Source of the DNA: Haliotis cracherodii
Lineage: Eukaryota
Length of the DNA: 64,000 nucleotides
Reading direction: 5' to 3'
Assembly: GCF_022045235.1 (NCBI RefSeq)
Contig: NW_027266275.1
Coordinates: 16,492,001 to 16,556,000 of the forward strand
A program made the position numbers and the translations under genes. Each line of letters starts with the position of its first letter. Position 1 is the stretch's first letter. The notes beneath the pieces were generated by a model. It did no database searches. It had not been told where the DNA came from and saw nothing but the letters and a program-made list of their open reading frames with translations. This document shows positions 24,382 through 36,281 of the stretch, piece by piece.

Positions 24382-24542
24382 TGTAGCGGCCATAAAATTT
24401 CCAAGTTCCGTGATGGGATTCGAACCACGGACCTTCTGATCCGAGGTCGGACGCCTTGTCCACATGACCAAAGAGGTTAACCCCATCAGCAAGCTGACAA
24501 GGTAAGGATGTCATCTGTGGGATGACTCCACGTCCTGCTACA
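24382..24542 (-). mobile_element. Solo LTR (161 bp) containing a tRNA-Arg-like Pol III promoter
   Basis: Termini TGTAGC...GCTACA and 4-bp TSD CAGT (24378-24381 and 24543-24546). The internal minus-strand sequence TGGTCATGTGGACAAGGCGTCCGACCTCGGATCAGAAGGTCCGTGGTTCGAATCCC has A and B boxes. Confidence 0.75.
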
Positions 24543-25472
24543 CAGTAATCATTTCTATTGTGTCTTTGTACGCGAATGTGCAACACTTCTGTCGCTGACG
24601 TTGGATTTCTTGACATGCTTGATAGTGAGTTTTAACCACTAGGCTACCCGACCGCCCCTACATGCTTGATAATTTATTACATGCGGGTACGGTGCCACAC
24701 GAGCCCAGTGATTACAACCACCGTTCCCAAGTTTATTCGGTTTGTAGGACAAGAAGTAGCAAACTGGTTCTACCATACGGCCCAACTCCAAACAGAAACC
24801 TATGCAAATAAATAAAGACATTTCTACTCAGGAATAGTTGAAGCAGCCAGTAAAGCTCAGCATTCTTTTCAACGAAATAGCCTCATGGATCCCATCTTTA
24901 GCGAAGGATAAAAATAGTTTCTGATGTACAAAAGCTGAAGAAATGCAAAATTGTAGAAGAATAGACAGACAACGTGTTGTAATATCGGGGTTTGTGTTGG
25001 TGGAATTTGTGCCTTGACATTCTAAGGTTGTTTCGTCCCCAAATTCCAACATAAGAATCATATTTTTAATTGAACCCCTGATAAGCCAGAACAGTATATA
25101 CTCCATGGCAATTGTAGAAGAGGAATTGAAATATATGAAATCCCGGTACAGCATACATTTCTTGAAAAAAACACATGAAGTGATCTTGAGAAATAAGATT
25201 TTATTCAAAGCAGTATAGATGCCATTTCCTCTTCAGTTGAGATATTATTGAGAATAACTTGAAGAAGCACCTGTTTCATACTGAAATGCGATCATGGCTC
25301 TTGGATAAAACATTGCATCAAATCCAAGTTGGGTAGGTGTTCCTTTCATTACTGAACTTTTGTAGTTGCTGCTAGTTATGGGGGCGGTGAGGTAGCCTAG
25401 TGGTTAAAGCGTTCCCAAAATGGGTACAATGTGCGTATCACATTTCTGGTGTCCCCAGCCGTGATATTGCGG

Positions 25473-26010
25473 CTACCGTTTCATCACTCCATCCATGACG
25501 AAGGCGGCTTTACCCAGCAGTTCCCCCCTCCCCTCCCACCTAGTGCAGAACACTGTCTCGCTGGAAAAATCAGAGATTGTTATGAAAAGAAATTCGTCCC
25601 AGGTCGTAGGACCAAAAGTATCAATGAGTGAGCGCGCTGGGTTTAAGAACACTTTCAGCAGTATTTCTGTTATGTCACTGCGCGTCTGTTTGAGCGAAAT
25701 CCCAAAATGACGCAGGTTGAAGACGTTTATCACGTCAGTGACGCCGATATAGTGCTTGGATAAACAGATAATTGTATGCCTCATCGGGTGTCCTTTTATT
25801 TCTTTTGAGTAGTTATTTATTTACTGAGTTCACAATATAGCCTTTGTGTTTGAACCTGGAAAATCAAAATGTCAACCAACCATTCACGATGACCTGCAAC
25901 ATAATTTGATTTTCATTTCGCTGAGACAAACTTACTAAAAAAATCATTCTTTCCTAACGGTTGTGTCCAGTAATGCGCTAGACCTGTCTGCGCAGATCCG
26001 GTAACAGGGT
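25473..26010 (-). pseudogene. PBLD type-1 relic A' (3' part of exon 7 plus an internally deleted exon 8)
   Basis: DPVTGSAQ...AHYW fragment at about 26010-25935 and RQCS...[16 protein letters not shown] at 25560-25473. Confidence 0.85.
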
Positions 26011-27682
26011 CATGTTAGAAATGAAAAGTATTCGAAATCCTGGGACAGCATACATTTCTTTAAGAAAACCCCCCACGTACATCATGAGAAATAATATTTT
26101 ATTCAAAGCAACACAAAAAGGCCTTTTCCCCCTCAGTGAAGGTATTTCTGACAACGAGCACCTGTTTTGTAATGATAAGCGACTATGACACTACTGGAAA
26201 AGCATTGCATCATTGCCAACCTGGTCCTTTTATTACTGAACTATTGTAGAGTGTCCAGCTGCTTCTAGTTTTTGGGGCTACAGTTTCAGCACTCCATCCA
26301 TGACAAAGGCGGCTTTACCCAGCAGTTCAACCCGGTCACCTCTCAGCTTGACCACAATCTCCCCACCACGTGCAGAACACTGTCTGGCTGGAAGAAATCA
26401 GAGATTGTTTCGAAACAATTTATTTCAGTCATCACAGCTATGCGACATGACAGGCGTAACGACTTAGGTGCTTGTAACAGCTCTCTCAATTGAACCCCGT
26501 GTGTACGAGTTTACAGCTCGTTTAACATACACCTGGCTATATATGCAATGCCAAGGGTATTTTAATTTATAAGTCGTCCAAGGTCGTAGGACCAAATGTT
26601 TCAATGGGTTAGCGCGCTTGGTTTCAGCAGTATTTGCCACTGCGTGTCAGCTTGAGGGAGATTCCAAAATGACGCAGGTTGAAGACCTTTTATCACGTTA
26701 GTGAAGCGTACTCGCACGGGTATAATGCTGGGGAAAATAAATACACATATTCCTCACCGGTTGTAATTCTATTTCTTTTCAATAGTATACATGAAGAACA
26801 AACATGTCACATGCAAGAAGTTCATGTAAAAAATCTCAACCAATCTATGACCAATAACATGAAGTAGCTTTCATTTCGCTGAGACAACACTTACTAAAGA
26901 AATCATTCTTCCCTAACTGTTGTGCCCAGTAATGCGCTAAAACTGTCTGCGCAGATCCGGTAACAGGGTCTTCCGGGATATTTGCCCAAGGTGCAAAGAA
27001 ACGAGACACAAAGTCGTAGGGGTCGCCACAGTCACTCTGGTAACCATCCCCGGGAGGCCCTCTGGTGGTGACAATTAGACCAATCAGGCTATCGGCGGAT
27101 CTCTCCATGGCTGATATATCAGGCGTCCAGGTCTCAAATTCTTCTCTGTCATGAGAAAGAAAAACATTTAGTGGCGTATATTTCCAATATTTCTTTCCAA
27201 TGAGTCAGTTCTCATATAGCGAGCATTAATTTCTAATACATTACGATTAAGAAAACAAAAATACAGTGTATTATCCTTTTCATGTTGTATCCATTTTATA
27301 AATATTTTTAAGGGTCGGGTCATTTATTAATGGGGTTACTAAGTCAGTTCACAAGTGTCGAGCATCCATTTCAAATACAATGAGATAAAGAAAACAAGAA
27401 TATGATCCTTTTAAAGTTTTATCCATGTCTTGCTTTGGGTGTGGACCCCAGTCAAAAATGTGTTCCACCGTTTTATTGTTTGAACTTAAAGGCGACTAAG
27501 GGTCTGGTCAATTATTGTTGGGGTCATGACAAAATGGACGGTTTCTTATAAGATATAGTGAGTGAATGAGTGAGTCATTGGGTTTAACACCACTTTAAAC
27601 AGTATTCCAGTTATATCACTGAGTGTCAGCTTAATAGTGGGAGGAAAGCCCGTTTACATCCCCTAACGACTGAAGTGTATAA

Positions 27683-27842
27683 GTGAGTGAGTGACTGAGT
27701 ATGGTTTTAGCAATATTCCAGCAATACCACGACGGGTGACACCAGAAATGGGCTTCACACATTGTACCCATGTGGGGAATCGAACTCGGGTCTTCGGCGG
27801 GATGAGCGAACGCTTTAACCACTAGGCTACCCCACCGCCCCG
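27683..27842 (-). mobile_element. tRNA-derived SINE, family D
   Basis: Matches 50444-50613, flanked by the direct repeat TATAAGTGAG, and absent at the equivalent site of copy B (about 37520). Confidence 0.88.
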
Positions 27843-30477
27843 AGGTATATAAGTGAGCACATACAGCGTTGTTAATGTTATTAGTACTGATGTTCATGTT
27901 GTTTGTGCATGTTTAATTTCTGATTTATCAAACAATAATGTTTCATGATTGTGTCTCATTAAATCATTTTTTTGTGTCGCAACAATACAAGTTGCATGGT
28001 GGTGTTGGACTTTGGACCTTATAAAGGTATGGGCACATATCAATCCTACTGATCCTTGGAACACGCATACTCAGAACATGCGATGATGTAAAGGGAACTA
28101 AGTGTGGTAACAGAAGCATACATACCGCTAATAACTGCTCATGCTGACTTTGGTCCTGAAAACAACACAGTAAAATAACCACCAACCCTCAGAAATAAAA
28201 AAAGTTACAGTGCGTCATACTTGACATCAATCGCCGTTTCGTTAATTGTAGTCAGCAAATCTAAGTGGAAATAATAGTTTTGACAAATTAAACTTTGTTA
28301 TCTTTACTGAAAATAAGTGTAACTCAGGCGTTAGTCTTTGGCCTGTTTTGATGATGACATTCTACCGACAACGTATTTCAGGCATGATAAAATAAATCAT
28401 ATTCATTAAGAAACTATATAGAGACTCCATTTGGTTGCATATATTAAAAATAATATTGTTCAATGTATCCGAAATGAAGTTAATATTTGTGTGTGATTTA
28501 TCGGAATCTCAACGGCCTATCAAAAATGACATTTCACCTTAAAATGTAATAATGTTTTATATTTGATGTTTACACGATTTATGGCTTTTTCATTGGAAGA
28601 GAGGCCGGTCACATGACCGCGAAACTGACGGAGTATGAACCTCTCGAGTGAGGACCAAACATTGTATGAACGTCCTCGCAAGCTCCGGCGTTCATACAGT
28701 TTGGCCATCACTACATAAATGTTCATACAGTAGACGCTAATTTTGGTAAAATGTCACAGTTAACTACCGCATTTAAACTTTAAGATTTAATAAACTGTGT
28801 ATGTCACCCGATAATATGTTTTTGTTTACTGAAACGAGTAGCCAAGTTGTCTAAGTTATCTGTGCATTGCTTACTCAATTAGGGTTCGCCGATCGTGGGT
28901 TCGAAACTATTACCCGCGTCACGTTCGGCTTTTCAGCAAAATTAAGTTAGCACGCCGTGATTTAACAAATACTTTCATCCACTCATCACTCACCACTGTT
29001 ATCTGGATGTCAGACCACAATGTATCAAACCCACCTCCTTCACAACATCGCCAACGGGGAAATCCATGTGAATCCACTCCCCCTCACGTTTAACGATCAA
29101 ATCTCCACTCAGTGTCTTGAACACAATAGGGTCATGTTTGTTGTCTGTAGAAACAAAATAAATTTCACGTTGAATGGAGTATGCCCTGATTGGCAGGCAG
29201 TATATACTTGGCAATATCTCTTCACCAGTCAATATAGAAGGCGATTCCTTCGGTATTCGTGTTCTCTACTCACCTAATTTCCCGAACAAAACAGCTGCTG
29301 ATGCCAAAGTTGCGTGGCCGCATAGTTTGATCTCGTCTTTTGGGGTGAACCACCTCAAACCAAACGTATTACCTGTGGAAGGATGGAAAATGTACACAAT
29401 TATCAATTTTGTTAGAGACAGGATATATTTCGGCAATAGCTTTCAAACATGCATTTTTAAGCAGTGTGTGACGTGAGAGATGGTGACATCGTTGATTGTT
29501 GCTCGTGCTATTAATCACTGGTTGGTCAACGTTATAAATCTGGAGATTTTTGTGTTCACACCATTTACATATTTATGGAATGTTGACATCAACTTTATCA
29601 GATTGGCTTTATTGCACCGATAACACTATAAATTACATGACAATTTCATTATAAGTTTGAACTCCCCTCGGAGATTTGTGCGAAAGACATGTCTGTTACA
29701 AAGTGTATCTTTATTTTGTGTATGTCGATGTGAAACTTACTTTCTTTAAAATTATCCGATTTATCTAAAAGTTTGATAAATGCAGTTTCAGACAGGTTCA
29801 TCTCCACGGCAATCTTCTGCAGAAAATCATCTTCTAGATTCTGTAAATATTTTCAGCAAATATATAAAATCGCTGACCGCATCTGTTATATACGTGGTGG
29901 AAAACAGAAATTGATACAAAATAGTACATCAAGGCAAAGGACAAACTATATATTTTACTTAATGTTGTGATAGTTACTTAATATATTCTTGCATTTATAG
30001 TTACTTGGTCATACCCCGTTTTTTAGACACCCCAGTTGTTAGACAGTGGAGTAGAGAGGTCTTGTCAAAACATATGAGATGTACCTGTTGTAACAGACTT
30101 AAAATTCTTTAATCTGTATAACTAAGATCAAATAAATACAGACATTTTGAAGTTTATTGGAAAAATAATGTACTCAGATACAACAGGATTATATTTCTAC
30201 CCGGATAAAGTAACAAATAAACCTTTTGGTAATCAAAACAACTCAAGTTTCCACCTCAGCTGCTTACGAGAATATTGAGTTTTCTCTGTTTGTACCAAAT
30301 TGTGCACATATTTTCAGAGATATGTGAATTTGTCAGAAACATGGTAGGTATTCAGAGAGCTGTCTTTGTTACATCGCGGAGTTACGAACCAAGTACACTT
30401 TCAATATCACCTCTACAGCAAGAACGAGTTTGGGTTATTCTAACAAAAGTGGCAATATTGACACATACTTTTCATAT

Positions 30478-31803
30478 ACTCTGCAAAAATAACAATATCT
30501 GACAGTGTTGCCGATATCTAAATTACTAAATAAAATTATTGGTCATTTCTTCAAGGATTGGGATTGATTTGTGTGGAAAGAATGAGAAATTTGGTGAAAA
30601 GGTGGGAACTTCGCAAAAACATGACATCATGACATGCACGTTCAACATCACATGTTAGGCTATAAAAACGTTGTGTTTTCATTTGTAGCCATCACAATCT
30701 TACAGCAACTGAATAGCGAAAACACGACTGACGGAAGCCCAATGCGACAACGCCATCGGCCGACTGCAAATAGGAGAATCATCTTCAGCTGTAGCCAGGT
30801 TTTTCCACGTCGCACCAAGCACCATTACAAGAATGTGAAACCTTTATCAACACAGGACTTTCCCAGATGTGGTCGACCACAAGAGCACAGGACAAATTCA
30901 TACGACTACGACACTTACGTGAAAGAACCACCGCGGCCACTTCTACAACTACCGCAGTACCAGGATTGCGTAAGATATCATCAGCCCAGTCATTGAGGAA
31001 CCATTTACACGTTGAAGGTATTCGAGCAAGACGACCTGTACGAGGGAACTGCGTCATCGGATGCGACGTCAATTGTGTCAAGGTGACAGAGTATGGCCAC
31101 CGCTGCGATCGAGACATGTTTGGTTTGGTGACGAGTCACGTTTTATGCTTCGCCGTGCGGATGGTTGACGTCGTGTTTACAGGTGTCGGGTTATGTTATA
31201 CCCGAAATGGCATACAGGAAGTGGAAAAATTTGGTGGTGGTAGTGTGGTGATGTGGTAGAACAGACTTGGTGCAAGTTCTGGGGAATTTAAAGCACAACG
31301 TTAAACGAAGGAGATTCTTCGGCCACATGTCCTTTCCATTATTCACCAAGCAAACGTCATTTTCCAACAAGACAACGCCCGACCGCACACGGCAAGACTG
31401 ACGACAACCTTTTTTTGGAATCACAACATCCAGGTCCTGCCATGACCCTCCAGATCTACAATCGAACATTTATGGGATACGCTGGATCAACGACTGCGTC
31501 AGCAACAACCACCGAGCCTCCGGCAGAAGCACTGCAGGTGGAGTTGGTGAACATCCCCCAGGACACATTTCGAGATCTGATTGCTTCCATGGGACGACGA
31601 TGTCAGTCAGTTTTGGACTCTAATGGTGGCCATACAAGATATTGAGAACAGATGATCTACTGATCCATGTGTGCCATATGGAACCTGGGTCAACGATAAT
31701 GGTGTGTGCCAATTTTGAACAATCGATTACCATCTCTTGATTATTGATATGATATAAAAAATACATATCTAAAATCACTTTTGCGTTTCTTTTTTGCAGA
31801 GTT
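30478..31803 (+). mobile_element. Decayed Tc1 transposon in intron 1 of PBLD copy A
   Basis: Ends TACTCTGCAAAAA and TTTTTTGCAGAGTTA. Fragments TTRAQDKFIRLRHLRER, FGGGSVVMW, FQQDNARPHTAR, SMGRRCQSVLDSNGGHTRY. A related 5' fragment lies at about 34630-34845. Confidence 0.85.
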
Positions 31804-32469
31804 AATAACTTCATTGTGTTTGGCATATTTCTCGTTCCCTACGCTAATCATCGTTTATAGGAAAAAACATATACATCTTAATTAGTGAGAACTAATCTCA
31901 GAATTAGTTATGTAGTTGCAGTCTGGTTATTTAAAGTTTGCTTATGTAGATCTTAATTATATACTCAATAACCAAGAGCTCACAACAGTGAAAACGTTTC
32001 AAATTTTATAATGTACAGATTTCTAAAGTGATTTGTTATATATAAAATATATATTAAAAGTGTGTTGCTAAGGTAGTGTTTGGCAACACGGAGAGCGCTG
32101 TGTGAGCTATTGGAGTTACCTCCCTTTAATACTCACTTGTTTGTTTACACACTCTGTGTCCACAGGTGGATGAGATTGATCTCACAATCAGGAACTGGAC
32201 TTGTTCTTGCAATCACAATGGTATTATCACAATCTTTATCGGAGACTATAGATCATGTACCAACATAATGCCTCCCCAATATCATTGTTATTATCAAATC
32301 AAAACGCAGCGGGGATGCTCTCGTTGAATTTGAGAAGCTATTTGTGGCCAAATCCACAGTAGAAACTTACAACATCGGACGGCAAGGGACAGATGGCGGC
32401 CGGGTTCCCTTTGAAGGGGAAGTCAGTGAAGGCATCGACAGTGTAGAGCTGGAGGATGACACCGGCCAT

Positions 32470-32570
32470 GTTCTAACTTCAGTGTTGTACACAACAGAGG
32501 CCGGCGACTGGGCGGTGTGTGGCCTGACCTATTTTAGCCTTGATAAGGGGCCGCAACTACAGTACTGTCG
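32470..32570 (-). promoter_or_regulatory. Conserved 5'UTR/proximal upstream block of type-1 PBLD copies
   Basis: About 85 bp upstream of the ATG is near-identical in copies A, B (41213-41298) and C (49537-49622). It contains AGGTCA in all three and CCGCCC in A and B. Function is inferred. Confidence 0.4.
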
Positions 32571-32743
32571 GAAAAACATTTCTGGCTCCATTTAACAAAT
32601 CCGAGTCTATGAACATGGAATATATCAAAACGACGCAAATGTACCTATTCCAGCTTGACCTAACTGACATTGTGATTAGCCTAAAAAGGTACCTTTACGG
32701 GTATTTCTTTAAGGGTATTGTATTTCTTTAGCCAGCATCTGAC

Positions 32744-33700
32744 TCAGCTGATGACGTATACTGAATCTGTACTTTCACCCAAAGATATAACTGGTGCACC
32801 AAGGCTGGTATCAAGGCCGTCACGTTGGAGATACTGCCGTTCTATGTCAGGAACGTGATCGTAGGCCTCTTGCCATGTCTCGGGTGTCTTCCTAGCAAAG
32901 GCTGCGTTGATCAACCCTTTTATATGTGTGATTTTCAATGTTTTATTATGTCTTGCCATGAACCCTTTTCAGTTAGCCCAGATAATCTCAATAGGGTTGA
33001 GCTGATTTCTAACTGGCGTACGTAAAACAACGTGACCGTCTTGTGCCGCCAGGACATATGTCTTGTACTTTATTGGTTTCTTAATTAGGCGAATTTTCTC
33101 CGTGAGTTGAACGTTCTTTTCAGATGGTCTGAGGTAGATATTCCTGCATGGTCACCTTCAGACTACTCGTGGTTGGCACGACAGTATCTGGTTCCCGGGC
33201 GTCATGATAACTGGCGTTATGATAACTTGCTTAGATTGGGTAGAAGCTGATGTTCACACCAGTCTAAGAACACATCACCATTCATTTCCTTATGATAATC
33301 ACCAGTTTCTCCTCGACAACTAAGCCCCAGATCACGGTTCCGGCGTGCAAGACAATGACCAGATTACCTTTACCTGATGGCACCATGGGTACTTTTCGTC
33401 CATCTGACGGCAGCCACATGTGGTCAGTGGAATGATTCTTATTCACCCAAATTTCACCAAGGTAAATAACCTGGAAGCCGTGACTGCGATAGTCATGAAT
33501 GGTGCGTAGATAATGGGACCCCATAGACAGGATAGAATGTTTCCCCCTGACAAAACTGCTCAGTCATCGCCAAGTGTAGTGTATCGAAATTCAGTCTCAG
33601 GATAGCATACATTAATGTGGCCAGGGATTGTGTCTTTGATTTCCTCCCGAATTCCACAAGAATAGAGTACACCCTATCTAAACTAATAAATAATAATAAT
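32744..33700 (-). mobile_element. IS630/Tc1/mariner-superfamily transposase relic with a long D-E spacer (Sailor/DD82E-like)
   Basis: IYLGEIWVNKNH...PSGKGNLVIVLHAGT, then HNASYH...PTTSSLK, then LRTPVRNQLNPIEIIW...ARHNKT, with stops and frameshifts. Confidence 0.65.
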
Positions 33701-34848
33701 CTCTCTCAAGCGTAAAAAAACGTGTATACATTTTCCACTACAGACTCTATGCCGTGTACCATGGCCATGGCAATTCAAGTGTAAAGGAACACAATCATGT
33801 AGGGAGTAATGTAGACAAAACAAATGCAGCGTCATTTTTTTCTTTGATGAACGTTTTCTCCAATTTATGTATGAAGCCTACAGTATTATTATTATAACAG
33901 AGTCGCATGCAAATATTTCTGTAGTCCGTTTCAGACCCCCCTCAATGGACATGAAAATCTGAACTTGCTGTTTTCTTTCTAATTTTTGTTCCGTAAAATT
34001 GTCGATAGGACTATTTGGGACTGACATACTTCAAACCACAGGTAGATCGGTAGTTACTCGATCTTTCAATAGCAACAGTCCACGAATTCTTTTATCTTGC
34101 TTTAACGGCCACAAAAAATATTTTTTTGCATTCCCGACAGAACCTTTTTTAGGACACAGTACCAGTCAAAATAGCAACAGTATCAACTTATCTAATACTG
34201 CAACCAAATAAAAGATATGTTTATTAGTAATGTGTATTGTACTAATATGATATTATATACTCATTTTATAATATCATGACTTAATTTAATATTAACAAAT
34301 ACTTAAAGATATCATTAAATAAATACCGATACCATGAAAATAATTAGTGATATCAGTAAGAGATGTGAACACGGCTTGTTGTACGACAGCTGAGACCTTG
34401 CCAGGATGCACTTTGATACACCATTAATCTAAACTGTCTATTTAGCTCACCTGGCCGAACGCCAAGTGATAGTATGTTATTTCTTTTTTTGTTTTTGTAT
34501 ATTTTTATTCCAAGCAGCATGACTCTTTCCTTTCCATCACACATTTCATGACCCTGTTGTCCGCTGGATTCGAATATATTTCCAATAATCCAGATGGGAA
34601 CAAAACATTCCACGCACACCGTGACCATATATACTCTGCAAAATAAGAAACGCTAAAGTAATAAAATCGTAAATATCTGACAGAGTGCTGCCGACATCTA
34701 TACAAAATAAATACCAAAATAAAATTCATTTCTGGGACTGATTTGTCTGGAAACAGAGGTAATGCAGAAATTTGGTGAAAATCGCAAAAACACAACCACG
34801 TGAGAGCCTGGCGCCGAAATACACCAACATGACATGCACGTTAAGCTT

Positions 34849-35575
34849 GTCCAGCGTCAGTGTAATATCCATGGTGAACCTGGCTCTACCCAGTATTTCC
34901 ACACGGTGGTCTCCAGGTCTGATGATGATGTCGCCTCCACGTTAGGAACACTCTCTCGCTGAAAATGAAACAGAATAATAAACTGTATTTGTTAATGCAA
35001 GTAGTGTTCACACTTGAAAAAATGAATTCTTGAAAAAGTAAGGCTTAACTGTGATTTCATTTGAACATAAATTAGTAGTTTTCTGTCGAAAAAGACTTCT
35101 AATAGAAACAATTTAATATTGATACTTGATTCAAAGTAAACATCTACAAACATCTCTCCATGGTTGTCAGGTAGCCTCGTGCTTGAAGCGTTTGATAGTC
35201 AAGCCGAAAACCCGGGTGGATTCTCCACATGAGGTAGCCAATTTTAGGTATCCCTGCCATGATACTTTTCGAATACGGCAAATGTATTACTACAGATGGT
35301 TTACACCAAACTACCAGCACAACTCACTAACCACCAACACCTCACGCTTAGATTCTTTCAGCAACATTGAAAGCAGAAACCTCAGGCTCATGGGTATCTA
35401 TTTTGCCTAACTGTTGTGACCAGTAATGCGCATGGATCGTCTGAGCAGATCCCGTCAGCGCAGTTTTGTCCATGGCGAAAAACACCGGTAGAAACAATCA
35501 TACGGACTGCCGGACTTATCAAGGTATCCTTCCTCGACAGAGCCTCTTGTGGTAACAATAAGAACTTAATTTGTC
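34849..35575 (-). pseudogene. PBLD type-2 relic D1 (decayed exons 7-8)
   Basis: Exon 8 at 34958-34849 matches copy D with a nonsense TAA at 34944-34942. Exon 7 remnant (LIVTTRGSVEEGY) at about 35575-35385. Confidence 0.85.
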
Positions 35576-35776
35576 AGCAAGTAAACATTGGAATACTTAA
35601 ACCTGATGCTGTATTCACCCAATACTGAGACATGAACCTTCGAAATGTAACTAGATGTAACTAGACCTGTTGTCATCATTGACAATTAATAAATCTGCAT
35701 TGTTAATGAGAGATATCACAATAGTAATTTGATTGACCAGCCATACCGAACAGAGTATGCTCCATAGTCATGTTAG

Positions 35777-36010
35777 GTCTTCAGCAACCCATGCTTGCCG
35801 TAACAAGCGACTATGCTTGTCGTAAGACGCGACAAACGGGATCGGGTGGTCAGGCTCGCTGACTTGGTTGATGTCATCGTATCCCAATTGCGTGGATCGA
35901 TGTTCATGATGTCCATCACTGGATTGTCTGGTCCAGACTCGATTATTTACAGACCGCCGTCATTAAGCTGGAATATTGCTGAGTGCGGCGTTAAACAACA
36001 AACAAACAAA
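35777..36010 (+). mobile_element. SINE family R, 5'-truncated
   Basis: 14-bp TSD CATAGTCATGTTAG (35763-35776 and 36011-36024) and an (AAAC)n tail. Confidence 0.9.
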
Positions 36011-36281
36011 CATAGTCATGTTAGAAATGGAATTGAAGTATTCGAAATCCTGGCACTGCATACATTTCTTTAAGAAAAACCACTTGCAATGATCATGAGA
36101 AATAATTCTTTATTCAAAGCAACACAACTAGGCCTTTCCCCCCTCAATGAAGGTATTCTTGACAACAAGCACCTATTTCGTAATGATAAGCGACTATGAC
36201 ACTACTGGAAAAGCATTGCATCATTGCCAAGCTGGATGAGTGTTACTGTTCAGATTGTCCAGCTGCTTCTAGTTATTGTGG

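Larger units (their letters stand above)
26278..32469 (-). pseudogene. PBLD: Phenazine biosynthesis-like domain (PhzF/PBLD) gene, type-1 copy A, exon 6 destroyed
   Basis: Exons 32469-32371 ([19 protein letters not shown]), 29840-29741 (EMNLSETAF), 29372-29274 ([16 protein letters not shown]), 29144-29035, 28155-28126, 27145-26895 (EDPVTGSA) and 26387-26278. Exon 6 starts at 27669 but runs into a SINE tail with TAA at 27633-27631. Confidence 0.85.

Noticed and set aside
24405-24478. Functional tRNA-Arg gene (likewise the tRNA-like heads at 4921, 18603 and 50444)
   Set aside because: Acceptor stems or arms are broken, and each is embedded in a TSD-bounded or multi-copy element.
32344-32595. 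Repeated plus-strand [17 protein letters not shown] (also at 41078 and 49402)
   Set aside because: It is the antisense shadow of PBLD exon 1 and its donor site.
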